This document shows positions 37,401-50,597 of a stretch of 64,000 nt of DNA, in pieces (position 1 is the first letter of the stretch; every line of letters starts with the position of its first letter). Under the pieces are notes generated by a model, which did no database searches, was not told where the DNA came from, and saw only the letters and a list, made by a program, of their open reading frames with translations. A program made the translations under genes and the position numbers. Origin of the DNA: Tubulanus polymorphus (Eukaryota; Animalia; Nemertea). The stretch is taken from positions 11,491,947-11,555,946 of the forward strand of contig NC_134030.1 in assembly GCF_964204645.1 (NCBI RefSeq), read 5' to 3'.

Positions 37401-40400
37401 ATGGATGAAACATGTACACACGATGGTGAAAAAGAGATTACAAACAGTTGTTCATTTGAGAAAATGTTGGATACACTTGGCCATTTCGGAAGGTTTCAGA
37501 TTCGCGTGTTTGTGATTCTTACTCTGATGGATCTCTCAACCCAACCTGTTGGTATGCTATATGTATTTTCTCATTACGAACCTGTCCTGTCTCAGATTAG
37601 CAGCAAACGTCTCTTTACCCAATGATACTGACAGATTATGTTCATTCAATGGGTCTCAGTGTGTACTATTTGATTATGATTTTACCAATGCCTTGACGTC
37701 AATAATTACCGAGGTGAGTACAACATTTTGTATTACCACCCTAAATTAAAAGTTTATATCTGGACCTTTTATTGATTCATTATCGTCAACTTACTTCTAG
37801 TACAATCTTGTTTGCGAATTGAATTATATCCCAAAACTATCAATTAGTCTACAAATGGCTGGATTATTCTTCGGTGCAATGACGTCTGGATACGTTGCGG
37901 ATTGGATTGGTCGCAAAAAGGTCTTGATAGCATTCGCCTCTTTGATGATAGCTACACAAATCGTCGTTGGATTTTCCAACACATGGGTTACTTACCTGAT
38001 TATTCGTGCTTTCACTGGTTTTTTCAACGGTAAGTCCATTGAGTTAAACATAAAAAATACATGAAGTATTTAGTCTCAGGAGATTTATATTTTATTTTGC
38101 CTTCACATGTGCAATAATCTCATTCAGTCTAATCTCATTATCTTGTCATCTTATTTAGGCGGTGCCCTAAATGTTTGCTTCACTCTTCCAATAGAGTTCG
38201 TCGGTCCAAAATGGCGAACATTTTGCGCTTGTTTTGTCCTGTATGCTTTGGGGTCATCTTTGACTTCGGCAGCAGCCTATCTGACCCGTGATTGGCGTCA
38301 TACGGCATTCATAACCGCTTCATTCGGGATACCTCTTATACCAGCTATCATTCTGTAAGTTCTCCAATAAGATGATGAATATATCATTATATAGATTGTA
38401 TGCTCAGTTTGAATACAAAATTAACGTTTAAGATACCTACTCATAGACTCGAACATCTCTAACCTGAGGCACATGTGTAACCTTCTTGCGTGCGTGAAAG
38501 CTAATATATTCACGGCTGTCCATTCGCATCTGTCTGCTCTCTCTAATCGCACAACTCACTGAGTGCCCCTATTGACATCATTAGCAGGTTTGGGGTTTCC
38601 TGTCCCATATTGATGAGAGACTATAAAGTTGGCGAGGCCAGTAACCGTTGGTTTCAGCCACTCGGTCCCAGCGCCTCGTACTTTAAACCCGTAGATCAAA
38701 TAGGAAATATTCGGACTATGGATTTTTGTAATTTTCAGTTTTAATATTGATTATATATAAATAAATACGTTTAAAGGCCTCTGAATCAACCATTTAAAAT
38801 GAAGACTAGATTGTATGACGTTAGTTGAATCTTCATGTTGAGACATTATCTAGGTTGCTCGCATTTGCTATGTTTTAGTTGGGTCCCAGAAAGCGTTCGC
38901 TGGTTGGCAAGAAAAAAGCAGTAAACATGGATACCTAGATTTGTTCAAGACAAGAAAATTGGCTATTCAAACATGCGTTATTATGTACTGTTGGTGCGTA
39001 ATGCTAAGAGTCGAACGATGACTTGAGCATCGTAATAAATGGGCGTATAAATTCATCAGATTAGGTCCTAGCTGTTTTTTTTTCTTTGTCAGGTTTTCGT
39101 GTTCTGCTATCTACCACGGTATTAGCTCTATGTACAGTAAGTACATTTAAAGGAACTGTTTTCGTTAACGTTGTCGCTGGTTCATTTGTTTCTATACCCG
39201 CCGATTGTAGTGTCATTTTTGTTGCACACAGGTAAACTCGGGCAGTTTTTGATATCATTCGATTCTTTATATGAAACTTAGGTATTTTGATATCAATATA
39301 GTACTCAGCGATGCAGTTTTAAAATTTGTTTTTCAAATTTTTCGATAATCATTGTATAATTGTAATGTATCTGCTATTGTCTACAACGAGAAGACATAAG
39401 TACTAAAATCAAAATTATAATTTAAGGTAAATAGAAACAATAAGAATGAAGATAAAGAACATTGAAACATTGAAATGTACTAATCTCAAACAAAAACAAA
39501 ACTAATAATCAAAGTGGGATCATCGTTGCGATGGGTACGAGGATATTGACAGTACGGCATGACCAAATCATGTAACAACGAATATACGGCAGCCAATCTA
39601 ATCAAAGCTTTAAGTGAATTATTTTTGAATTCCAGGTTTGGTCGTCGACGGTCGTTTTTTGTTTATATGCTAATACCAATAACTTGCATGGTAACAATGG
39701 TGATTGTTGGAGCACTTAACAAGAAAGATGAACTCGGTATTTTTACCACGCTATTGGTACTGATTGGTAATAGTGGAATATCATCGTGTTGGACATTGGC
39801 ATCTATATATTCAGCAGAAATCTATGCCACCGTTATAAGGTGATTATTTGTCTAACATCTATCCGTCCGTAGATTCAACACCATAGGTGCGTCTGCAGTC
39901 CAAAAATTGTCCCAATTGTAAGTATGGTTCTCAACACCAGGGAAGGTGAATATTGAAACATATCAAACTTATAATTTCGATTGTGCCAGATGCATTTTTC
40001 ATTAACAGTGGCACAGTTAGTTGTAGATCATGCCATGTTCTATAATCCTTGTGATTTTCAAGGACATCGGTTTCTCCATACATTCACCAAAATTTGGATG
40101 GGGAAATTACATTTCCCCAATTCATATTGGGACCTATGCATACCTTGTACGTAAGGCAAAGCAAGGTTGCAGCTTATAACATATTATCTACGATATTGGC
40201 GAATTTCAAGATCATTGGTTTCTTTAATGTTCACCCGGGACAGGGAACGTTGAATATTGAAAGTTTCCAGACTGTCGAACTTTTCAGAGCACTTCTATGT
40301 GCGCATAGTGTTCCTTTGGTTTTGAAATGTAACAATCTGCTAAACCATTATGTATTGCTATGCAAAGATGATGGTGCGGTTTCAACTGGCGGTCTTTCGT

Positions 40401-42423
40401 GACCATGTTGAGGATCAGGGTAATGGCAAGATATTGCAAATTTTCCCTGTAAGTTACGTAGTTGGCCATTGTACCAACAGCCCTGACCTAGTTCCGGAAT
40501 CATTGTTCGCTATTCTTGTGAGCCTGCAATTGTTTTGCGGTTTTATTTCATTGATAGAATTACAAAAATGTTGACAGGGCTGCATTATTTACCTTGATTT
40601 CTATACTATCCATGTGTTATATATGTATATTGCGTTATATGTGTTGCAACACTTTAAAAAGCAAATATCTCATAGGAACATCGGTTGTGCTGCTGGTAGT
40701 ATGGGTGCAAGAATCGGGGGTGTAATCGCTCCACAGATTGCGTTTCTGGTATGTTAATCTATCTCTTACTTGACTCTGGTCATGGAGCCTAGGCGTTGAC
40801 CTCTGATGTTTGAGAAATAAACTACAAAAATTTTTACATATATATATACATTCAAAAGTACATAAACATCATCGCTTAGTTCAGAATCTTCTGCTTCAAC
40901 TGATACCAATATTACGAATTTAGCTAATTTAGCAACTGAAAGAATCAAGATGTAAAATCTTACACAATTTTGACACCGTTAACACTTTAAAAAAATGTGT
41001 TTATCTTTGATTAATAACTCCTCATTTTAGTCAACTGACTATAAATATTTTAGATGTTAATTTGATGTAATCATTAAGTTAATGAATCATTGAAACTATA
41101 TTTTCATGAATATGATTTAACTGAATTAGAAAAATGTTTTTAATATATAATTTATGTAAATCATCACTTAAGACCAAACGGTATTTGTCATTAGAGTAAG
41201 CAAATTATAAACTAAGAAGAAAATCAATCAATACTATAATCCCTAGATTTAAGACATATGCAGAAACAGGAAAAGATTTGATAATTACTAAAGAAATGCA
41301 ACTAATTATAGATAAATTCTTCAATTGAATAATGTAACTCTCATTCATATAAGTTATGATCCCTTTAGAAAATGTTGTATCATCATATTATTAGTTCATA
41401 GGTTACGATTTGATATGAATACTTTTACTTATTCAAATGATACACATAATCCTGACGAAAAGGTTTTATGTATTTACGGTAGATATGATACGTGAAAAAA
41501 AAATGAATCACCGTCATTTTCAATCTAGATATCACAATTGAATATAAGATTATATGAGTAATATACATGTACGTATGAAAAAACGTACTTCTTTTTTGTT
41601 CAATAGATGAATGATTTTCTCATACGACGAACAAATCTTAAATAGAACATTATTTGGTTGCAGGAGCAATTATTATGGTCGCATCGTATTTCTATTATGA
41701 GAATTTTTCTAAAGATTTGATTGATATATGAGGATGTAGAATTCAGTAAGAAATTGCAATAAAAACCAAAAAAGATAACGGCTATATTAATGAAAATGGT
41801 AATTATAACGGTAAACTTAATCCTGAAAATAAATGATTCATTAAAATAACGTTGAAAAGAATGAATTCTTGAGCAATTAGAAAATCAATTGTTAGTTCAC
41901 CAAAAAAGTAAAAAATGCCAATATAAATACATCATTTGAAAATGTATGATTAAATCGTTAAATTTAAGTCTTAGTTAAATCGTTTATATGAGTGACATTT
42001 TCTTAATCATGAAATAATGTTTTAATTCAGTTATGTCATATTTATTATGATTTCTGGTGATTTCATTTGCTTGTATATTTTATGTCATATTACGCCTTTA
42101 AGTAATTGGACATGTAGGTTTTCATATCAAAGGTTGAAGATAAAAGAACCATATCCGGTTGTTGTAAACGGGAAACATAAACAAAATTCTTTATATTTTA
42201 GGGACTAATCAGTCATTGGGTGATACCATACGTCTTATACGCGTTCCTTGCCATAACCACGACACTCTTCGTTTTCACATGGCTTCCAGAAACTAACAAG
42301 GAAGACTTGAAAGATGCGCTCCGTGAACATGATGATTCAACGAACAACGAACTCATCCAATCGGTTATGAATGGTGACACTATTGCTGACAGGACATGCG
42401 ATATTGAAACAGATTGTATCTAA
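37401..42423 (+). pseudogene. SLC22 transporter paralog, pseudogenised duplicate of 9115-14413
   Basis: Same 8-exon layout and motifs as copy 1. Lesions: frameshift near 37580; exon 4 lacks a 120-nt stretch present in copy 1 (near 38908, net -119 nt); 4-nt duplication AGTA near 39137. Confidence 0.9.
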
Positions 42424-43223
42424 ACATTTCAATACTTTCGTTTTATGTACGCTGTAAGTTAACGGTTAACAAAAAAAAACTACATATGTATTGCATACGT
42501 AATTGATTCTATCATATTGAGTAATTGATTCTTTTCTTCAGATTTTATAACTATTCTACACACATATGTGAATGAATACTATTTCTATCGCACTGGTGAT
42601 TAGTCATTGGCCAAATACTTGGTGTTGTACAGGGTTTCTCAAAAATGTGTCACCGTAGCTTTAAGATTAGTTATTCATTAACTATGATTGAAATGAATTT
42701 TCAGGGAGGTAAGAGGGTAGACCTGGATGTTTGCTTAATTCATGTATGTCTGAGCACCATCGTGTTTTTAATAGCCACTGAATGGAGTCGAACCAATACA
42801 AGAAATAAGGATTATTTCTGAATTTGCAAAGCTAGTGACAACAATTATGTTTGAAAAATTCAAAAAGTTAATCAGCCAATGTACAATGTATTTGATCCGA
42901 CCACACATGATTAGATTATCTAAGATTATCGATTCCATCAACATTCATGAAAACTGAATCCCATTGAATTCTACAGAATATTTTCACAAATGTCGGCCCT
43001 CATAGCTCTGTCGGAGCCTCAAAACATGACGAGATATCATGTTTAATTTTGAGGGTCCAGAATGATAACATCATGATATTGGGGCCAAGCGAAAATGATA
43101 CAACCTTGCTTCTCCTGGACATTCTCCTGGTCGGGACATTTTTGTAAACTGCAACAAAACTTATAATCATTCCATTTCTATAACTGCTGGGTCGTTTAAA
43201 GTTCATCCTCCGCGGCCCTTCCA

Positions 43224-43427
43224 CACTAGACCGAGTGCGCAGCTTCCATGCGCAGCTTAGATGATGTCATAATTAGCAAATCAGATATCCCGTTTCATTT
43301 TAGCCTAGATTTTCTCGTCTATAGTTCTTCGTGAAATTTACCTCAGCGATTTTACAACGATCAATCTGATTGGTGCCGCAAGAACTTGCGGCAAGGCTGC
43401 GCATTTACCTGCGCACCCGGTCTAGTG
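43224..43427. mobile_element. CACTA/EnSpm-like MITE
   Basis: TIRs CACTAGACCGAGTGCGCAG / CTGCGCACCCGGTCTAGTG; target-site duplication imperfect. Confidence 0.65.
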
Positions 43428-43481
43428 CCGTGGCTGAGCGTAGCGATGCCATCAGGTTCGAATCCCTGCCGAGGGGGATGG
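43427..43481 (+). mobile_element. tRNA-derived SINE-like head
   Basis: GCCGTGGCTGAGCGTAGCGATGCCATCAGGTTCGAATCCCTGCCGAGGGGGATGG, with A-box-like and B-box motifs. Confidence 0.55.
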
Positions 43482-45408
43482 CTATGGTTAGATTTATCAT
43501 CATATTCAAAGAATTAACGTGTAGTAGCTGAACTTATAAGCTCAGCAAAAAGCAAAAACAAGGTATCAATTTTTCTCAGCCTTATACCAAATAAGATTGC
43601 CAGGGAGTGGCCAGAAGATCCGGTTGTCGCCTACAGTGTATTTGTGCATAGAATTCACCGCAACAGAATCATCATCAACATTTGAATAATTCCGTGCCCA
43701 CTTTAATAGACTGGTAATTAACTGGGGTTAACTCAATTGCAAATTAATTGAATTAACCCCCGACTTGGAGATTATACTAGTCTATAAATCTGGCCTCCGG
43801 GATATAAAACATTATGATACTTGACGACGCACCAGTTTCCGTTCAATTCAGATTCTAAACCATTCACCGGCATCGATAAACTTGTGTAAGTCGCAACAGG
43901 AATTTGTGACCCATTTTTTTTCTTCAATTTCTGCTTTGTAGCTAAAAATCTACAATTGCTGTCATTGCACCAAATGAATTCGACTGCAATTGATTTACAG
44001 CAGCTACAATCAACCATAGAACTCAGATCAATTTTTTTTTCATTTTAGTTAATTTTTTGAATCAACTCACCAGTCAATCCTTAGCTTGGGCTTGGCAGCA
44101 TGGTTGTTGAACTCAGGTCGTAACAGTCACATACAACTGGTTCGGACCGGCCCTTACTAAAATATGTTCAGTGGTGTTTGGCGTATTTCCCCTGGATTAT
44201 CACCAAATACAAACTGAAAAAAAAAATAATTCAGGACGAAATGAAAATTTTACGGAAAAACTTTCACTTTAGTGAAACCAAGCCTCTTGGCTGTAAATAG
44301 GGCTGGCTCGCAGATTATGAACGCTGTAACAATCAATTTCTTACAGATAAAGTTATTTATCGTTCTATTCGTTACTCCAGAAGATGTATTGACTAGTTCC
44401 GAACGAACCAAATTATCGGTACACACCATAGTGAGGCTTCAATGAAAATGTTTAATGTTAAATCAATCTGTGAATGAAGCGGTTTCGACAACGTTTACGG
44501 TTGAGTAAAGCTCAGCAGTAGGAATAGGAAACCTTGATGACATCGCCAAGACACTGGAAGTAACTATTTAATTCATTTGAGTACGACGGTTTGATTTTAC
44601 ACTAAAATATGTTTTTGCATTGTAAGAAACAGCAGTTAACCTCTTTATGACAGTTTAGCGTCAGACGTTGTAGGGAACCCGTAACAACGACTGGTATTCG
44701 GACTAGCAGCTGAATCTAAGACTAATCCTTATATTAACCAACCCAAATTCGAGTGGCTGCCGGGTGAGGATGTCAATTCACTCGCTTCAGGGGTCGGTTG
44801 CATAGTCATGGCTTAGACTTAAGACCAGTATAAGACCAACTATAGCCAATCTAACAACTTAAGACCATTCTTAAGATTTAAGACAACTTTCTTTTACTTA
44901 AGTCATGACTGTGGAACTGGCCCCAGGATCCAGTACCACAGTTGCTCAGTTAAATTCTCTTTCTAGGATCAGATCTCCTTTAACCACAAGAACGAAATTT
45001 CGACCCTTATATTAAGCAAAAAATTATAACTACCGGTATGTTTTTTTTAATAAGTCACATTTTAGGGTCTATATGCTCATCTTCTACCGGGAATAAAGAA
45101 ATCACTTTCTGGAATATGATCATTTTCTAATATCTCAGCGAATCCCAGACCTCCAACTCCTGTCGGGTGACTTGGTCTCAGTCCTTGCATATGCGCAGCG
45201 ACGCCGAAAATAGTTTTGAATTTGAACGTTGCCAAACGCAGTCCGACAGACCCACCGTCACATCCGGCTTTCTAAGCGAAATACAAGAAAGGAAACATAT
45301 CAAAACTTTGCGGGATGGTGACTATAATTACGTTTTCTATGACTACAACTTAGGTGTAGAGAGAATCCCACAATAATATTGAAAACGGCCCGAAAATGTA
45401 ACTGGAGC

Positions 45409-45656
45409 TATTCCTGAAGATGACGATTAGGATATAGTTGAAACGTTGAATAAACTACACTAGCTCTTAGAATACAGTATTCCTGAAGATGACTATTATG
45501 ATATAGTCGAAACGTTGAATTAACTGCACTTAGCTCAAGGAATACAGTATTCCTGAAGATGACTATTAGGATATAGTCGAAACGTTGAATTAACTACACT
45601 AGCTCAAGGAATGTATTCCTGAAGGTCACTCTCAGGACATAGCCGAAACGTTGAAT
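45409..45656 (+). ncRNA. Four tandem minimal type I hammerhead ribozyme motifs (Penelope-like element/retrozyme type)
   Basis: Unit: TATTC-CTGAAGA-T-GACTAT..ATAGTC-GAAA-CGTT-GAAT(A). CTGAAGA core at 45414, 45483 and 45553; CTGAAGG variant at 45619. Period 66-70 nt. Confidence 0.75.
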
Positions 45657-47409
45657 AAACTACACTAGCTTCAGTTACATTTTCGGACGGGTTTTTTCTT
45701 TTCGTTATTATCGTGGGACTCTCTTTACATCGCTTCAAGGCGGATATAGTTTATCAATCGTGATTATGTACATTTAGGTGATTTTACCCGGGGATTTTAC
45801 CTCTACAACTGTTAATTCCAACGATAGCTGTACCGAGCTAAGCTGTAACAACACTTCCCTGATGTATATACTTCATCTATTCCCCTAATACACCACCCGT
45901 ATAATTTCCACCCATAGCCGTGTTCACACGAGCGATTTTGGCCCAGACCAAGTTTGGCCCAACCCAAAACGTAGGACCAGGCCCGAGTCAAATCTTAGCA
46001 CGGGACATTTTAATCATTGCGTGTGAATTGCAACTGGTTCGGAAATGACTCTCTTCGTCTTTTTCGAGCATTGTTTAGTATCGAATGAGTGGTTCAAGTG
46101 TGTGAGCGCGCTCTCTAATTAGACACGGGCCAAAATTGGCTGAGCCTGATCCGCACCAATTTGGCGCGGACCAAATCGTGTCCGTGTGATCGCACGGTTC
46201 ACGATGACCGCAGAGACCAAACCGGCAGATTCTAGTTCTCATTATTGATTGCTTTGTCGTCCATGATGTTACAAGCTTCCAGTTGTCATTTCCACGTTAC
46301 GACTATATCTATCTAACGACTGAAATTATGAAATATATATAGACAATTCAGGACAAATAGACTGATCAGGATTAATCAGAATAGAAGTGATACAAACTAA
46401 AAAGCTAAACGGATCATCCATCCGCATCCGACAGTGTCATCATGTTACTAAGCCTTTTTACAGTTTCCAGGCGCCATTTTTTGGTACCCGCCGGGTCCGC
46501 ATTTTTTGTCCCAGTTTTTCCCCCGTTTAATTTCTTTATTTCGTTCATATCTCTGGAGTAGATTAATATAGAAACAAAGTGAAAATATCGGTGAACTCGG
46601 CTAATAATCAATTTTTTTATGATATCACTCATTTATAAAGTTAATGCAACAATGCGCGCTGGTGAAGTTATAAACATTGGTATCGTCTTCCCAATAATTG
46701 AACCCATTCAAAAGCTCGTAATTCTTACAAATTTTAATCTACACTTTTGAAGTTTTCAGGATCAATAGACATCTATATGTCCTATATACTTTTTACCGTT
46801 TTCAATTATCTTTAAATTAATTTTTAGTAATTGCGAGTCAAACTTCCAAAACACGTTTTCTAGAGTCCCCTGCGTGCATCTTTATATCAGGAAATTTCAC
46901 AATTTTACCGGACCTATTGTCTTACCTGAACGAAACTGTTTGTACCAGAACAATCAAAATCCGACGTATTTGGTCATAGATCGCGTATGAGTTGTCGGTG
47001 TAAGGTTTGTTTGTCGTCTCGATCTGAACATAATCTCACTGACTGTGGTCACATGATATAACAACATTTGCTGGAGGACTTTACACGACCACAAATTTGG
47101 GGTCATCCGTTTTTTATTTTAGATACCGCATTAACGGCGTTTAAACCGTCAATACAATTTCCGATCAAGCGAAAATTTGTTACAGAAAATTCCCGAAAAG
47201 AATTAGCGAAAAAATATTTTTTGGGATTGTGATATCTCAAGATTCTTTTCCTTCTTGTGTCTCTATGAAACTTGAAGTGATCAGCGCAGGTATATTTGAT
47301 ACTGGTCAGGTATATTTGATACTGGTCAGGCATATTTGTTTTCGCAACTCAAATGTTTTCACAGAGACATGTATTCACAAAATAAGAACTTTGTAGTTCT
47401 ACAGTTTAC

Positions 47410-48590
47410 ATGGATAACTTTACCGCTATCGTCACTTCAACCCGTAGAATATATTGGACTACTGTGAAGATAGCGGATTATATCATAGCTTTCAAGAGGT
47501 TTTCCAACTTCATTATCATATATAACAGTATATTCAAATGTGTCTTTATACTTCCGCTTTTAAGTGTGTTTAACATTCTGACCATAATTTTACTGATAAA
47601 GTGTCGCAGATATCAGTAAGTTCGTTATATGCCTATCTCATAACTATCGCGTTTTCAAATAAACCTTTCGTCTAGTTTGAGTTACGGCAATTCCCTTATA
47701 ATTTGAAAAACTTTGTACGTTATCTAGGATTCTATCGAGAATGTCGTCGTGCTTTTCTGACATTCGCTAAATACAGTAAACTATGTCCATCACTTTACTA
47801 TTTCTATTATCTGCCCAGACGATTGTTTCCTGCGTATATATTTTCAAACCTATTTCATAACCAGGCAATATCTGTATCAAACTACATAGTTATTGTGATT
47901 GCTATCGAAGGATTTGTTTCTATTCGTTTTCCTTTCTTTCACATGCAATATTTCACCTCACTCGGCGTAAAATTGCAGAAGGTTTTATCATCATCTGGGC
48001 GTACATTTTAAACTTGGATTCAACAATACGCAGTGTTTATATCAACAAATCTCTTAGATGCAACGAACATTTGTTAGTTTTGAGTGTGAACATTCAATCT
48101 TCTATACGAGCTCGCCCCATCTGCCAGTAATATTAGCATTAAAAACATTTTTACAAAATATAATGCCATCTTGATGATTGTACTATTATCAGTGTTAACT
48201 GCTTCATTACGCAGTAAGAGATCTGAGGTGAGATCGAAGAGAACAGATCGTCATCAATCTTCAGCAGCCAGTTGAACTCTTCTATTCATAGTTATTGTCT
48301 ATGTTTTACTACTTTTGCCGCATGCTGCAGTTCATTATATCAACAACTTAACATACACCGTTAGACGATTGCTTTATAGAGATAATGAAATTGGGCTCAC
48401 ATTAACTTCAAAATCCAGTTTAACAGATCACCACATACGATTCTTTCTTAATACTTTATGGTTGTGGTTAGAACAATTCCGAACATTTCGACATTTCGTT
48501 TTCTGTTTCAATTTCTTTATTTACGTCGGAACATTGAAAGTTTTTAGGAATCAATTATCAGATTATTTACTTCCATCTAAGGCTTTGTAA
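47410..48590 (+). pseudogene. Intronless rhodopsin-like GPCR (peptide-receptor/chemoreceptor-like), frameshifted
   Basis: Fragments in TM order: LSVFNILTIILL (TM1), SNYIVIVIAIEGFVSIRFPF (TM3, ERF-like), FCFNFFIYVGTLKVFRNQL (TM7/helix 8). Several stops and frameshifts. Confidence 0.75.
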
Positions 48591-48745
48591 GTCCATCGTA
48601 TGTAAGAACGACTGCGTTCACGCGAACATGTTCAGATTTCCTCTTACTAGCGTGTATATGCCATTCGTGTAAACTTGTATATAAGATATCCGTTGGTCCA
48701 ACGGCGTCTAAACGCTGAAAATAATCCCGTACGATATCTTACTCG

Positions 48746-48943
48746 TTAAACGATATCAGACTGATTAACCACGAACTCTGTGTCATCGCGTTCTGACTCT
48801 TCTACACGGATCTGCGGCAACAAAGTAAGTTTCCGACCAATCGACAGATGCGACGGAGTTAACTTGGATAATGGGTTATCGTCTTTCACTTCCGTCGATA
48901 ATGCGGTAAGTGGACGGTAGTAATTAGAAGATGGCGTTTTCAT
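48746..48943 (-). mobile_element. BEL/Pao LTR-retrotransposon remnant (segment downstream of the integrase core)
   Basis: RPLTALSTEVKDDNPLSKLTPSHLSIGRKLTLLP resembles the NSRPLT...LTP.HFLIGR.LT.LP motif. Confidence 0.65.
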
Positions 48944-49255
48944 ACCAGAGGTCGAAAGGTCGAGACACCACTCATCACAGCTAGGCTCTAGTGAGAACGG
49001 ACGATTGCTCTGTGATACACATACACAGTGAGTGCGCGTAACAACAACTGCGCGTGGATAGATCGATACAGTGAGTCGCTACTGAGAACGGTTATTAACG
49101 CGTGTGCTATTACTGTAGTACAGTGATTGCGTGTCAACTGTGCCCGGATAAATAGATGCTGTGAGGCTTGGGTGAGAACGGTTAATAGCGTGCTTGTCAT
49201 ATACAAGGGGAAGTAATCCCCACTCATCACCACAAGTAATTTGTTTTCCTTATAA

Positions 49256-49582
49256 ATGGGAGATAGAAAAGCATTCTTAGCAACTAATAAATAACAGAAT
49301 AAAACCAGCAAAAAACAATTTGAAATAAAAAAGTTAGTTGATGTTACAAAAGAAATTGAACATAAAATATTGAAATTAGAAAAGATAAAAACTAAATATG
49401 GAGAGAAAGTATCAGCTAATTTAAGCTACTGCAATGTTAGTACATCGCGAGAATTTAAGGTATTTTTACCTGATAAATGGGTTTCATTGAGTACAGAGGA
49501 ATTAAAAGATTTAGAAGGATTTAAAATAATCTATCATGGAAAAAATGAAGATGGCCATCATGATTTAGAAATTGTTGATTAA
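49256..49582 (+). pseudogene. Small element protein, possibly an OB-fold ssDNA-binding protein; disrupted near the N-terminus
   Basis: TAAATG start (MGDRKAFLATNK*), then ...KILKLEKIKTKYGEKVSANL...FKVFLPDKW. The TKYG/VFLP pattern is recalled from small Polinton-associated proteins; not verified. Confidence 0.45.
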
Positions 49583-49756
49583 ATTAAAAAAAAGAAATTA
49601 ATAAAAATTATGAATATCTAGAATCCGAAATGACTTATCTGGACAATTTAATTGCTCCGCATAGATACACAAAGTAGTGAGATGGTGCCGTATGGCACCC
49701 ACATGGTGATATTCAATTATTTAAAAAAATTATTTTTTTTGCTTTTTTCTAAAATA

Positions 49757-50104
49757 TCAATCCATTTTTTTTATTGTCAATTTTGGAATTTCAGAATTAT
49801 TTTCATTTTTGATAGCAGTTGTTTCAGAATTATTAATATCATGAATTTTATTTGATTTCTTATACCAATTACGCCCAATTAAAATGAATACAATTACAAA
49901 TCCAACTGTAAAATATGAATATTTATCAAATATTCTATTACCAGAAGGAGTAGAAATAACAATATTTTCACTATTATTAAAATTTTCATTATTTACTCCT
50001 TTTTTAGCTTTTTTAAATTCTTGTGATTTAATTCTTAATTGTCGAGACCATTCATTTTGTTTCTGTGATCTCGGTTTTTTCTTCACTTCTTCCACCTTGT
50101 TCAT
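49757..50104 (-). CDS. Element-encoded 115-aa single-TM basic protein
   Basis: TAAATG start, Lys-rich N-terminus, hydrophobic segment YFTVGFVIVFILIG. Confidence 0.7.
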   Translation of the reverse strand: MNKVEEVKKKPRSQKQNEWSRQLRIKSQEFKKAKKGVNNENFNNSENIVISTPSGNRIFDKYSYFTVGFVIVFILIGRNWYKKSNKIHDINNSETTAIKNENNSEIPKLTIKKMD

Positions 50105-50597
50105 TTATTATAGAAATATTTTTACTTTCAATATTTGAAAATGTTATAACTCCAGTTGATAATAATGTCATAAATCCACCTAATTGAAATGATAAATATC
50201 CAATCTATTTATTTAATTCGGTCATAACTAAATAATCATTTTTTAAATCAGCATATAATCTATTTTCATCTTGAATTGGCAGCATATAATTACATAATTT
50301 ACTATAACCTTTTACTACATTTTCTGATATCGCATCATTAATTCTAGCTGTTCTCGCGGTTTCATAAATCTTAAATAATCTAATAATTTCATCTGATTTC
50401 ATTGTATCTAATTCATTATAAGTTAAATTTTTACCGATAAAATTTTTACATTTTCCAGATGCTATTAATATTTCTAATTGATGTTTACGATAAAGATAAT
50501 ATTTAGGGTTTTCTGTTATTTCACAGAAAACCCTATTGATATCCGCGTGATTATTATTATTTTTATTTTCTTCCACACTATTTTTATCAAAAGAACA
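50100..50597 (-). pseudogene. Element-encoded helical protein, C-terminal part (N-terminus probably at 58437-58580)
   Basis: ORF 50205-50576 has no ATG start of its own; after the stop near 50205 a hydrophobic tail continues (GYLSFQLGGFMTLLSTGVITF). Confidence 0.6.

Noticed and set aside
39850-40570. Coding-looking stretch in SLC22 pseudogene intron 6
   Set aside because: Only short ORFs and no identifiable family.
43772-44017. WCVVKYHNVLYPG-containing ORF resembling transposon-associated proteins
   Set aside because: One short motif is too weak to call.
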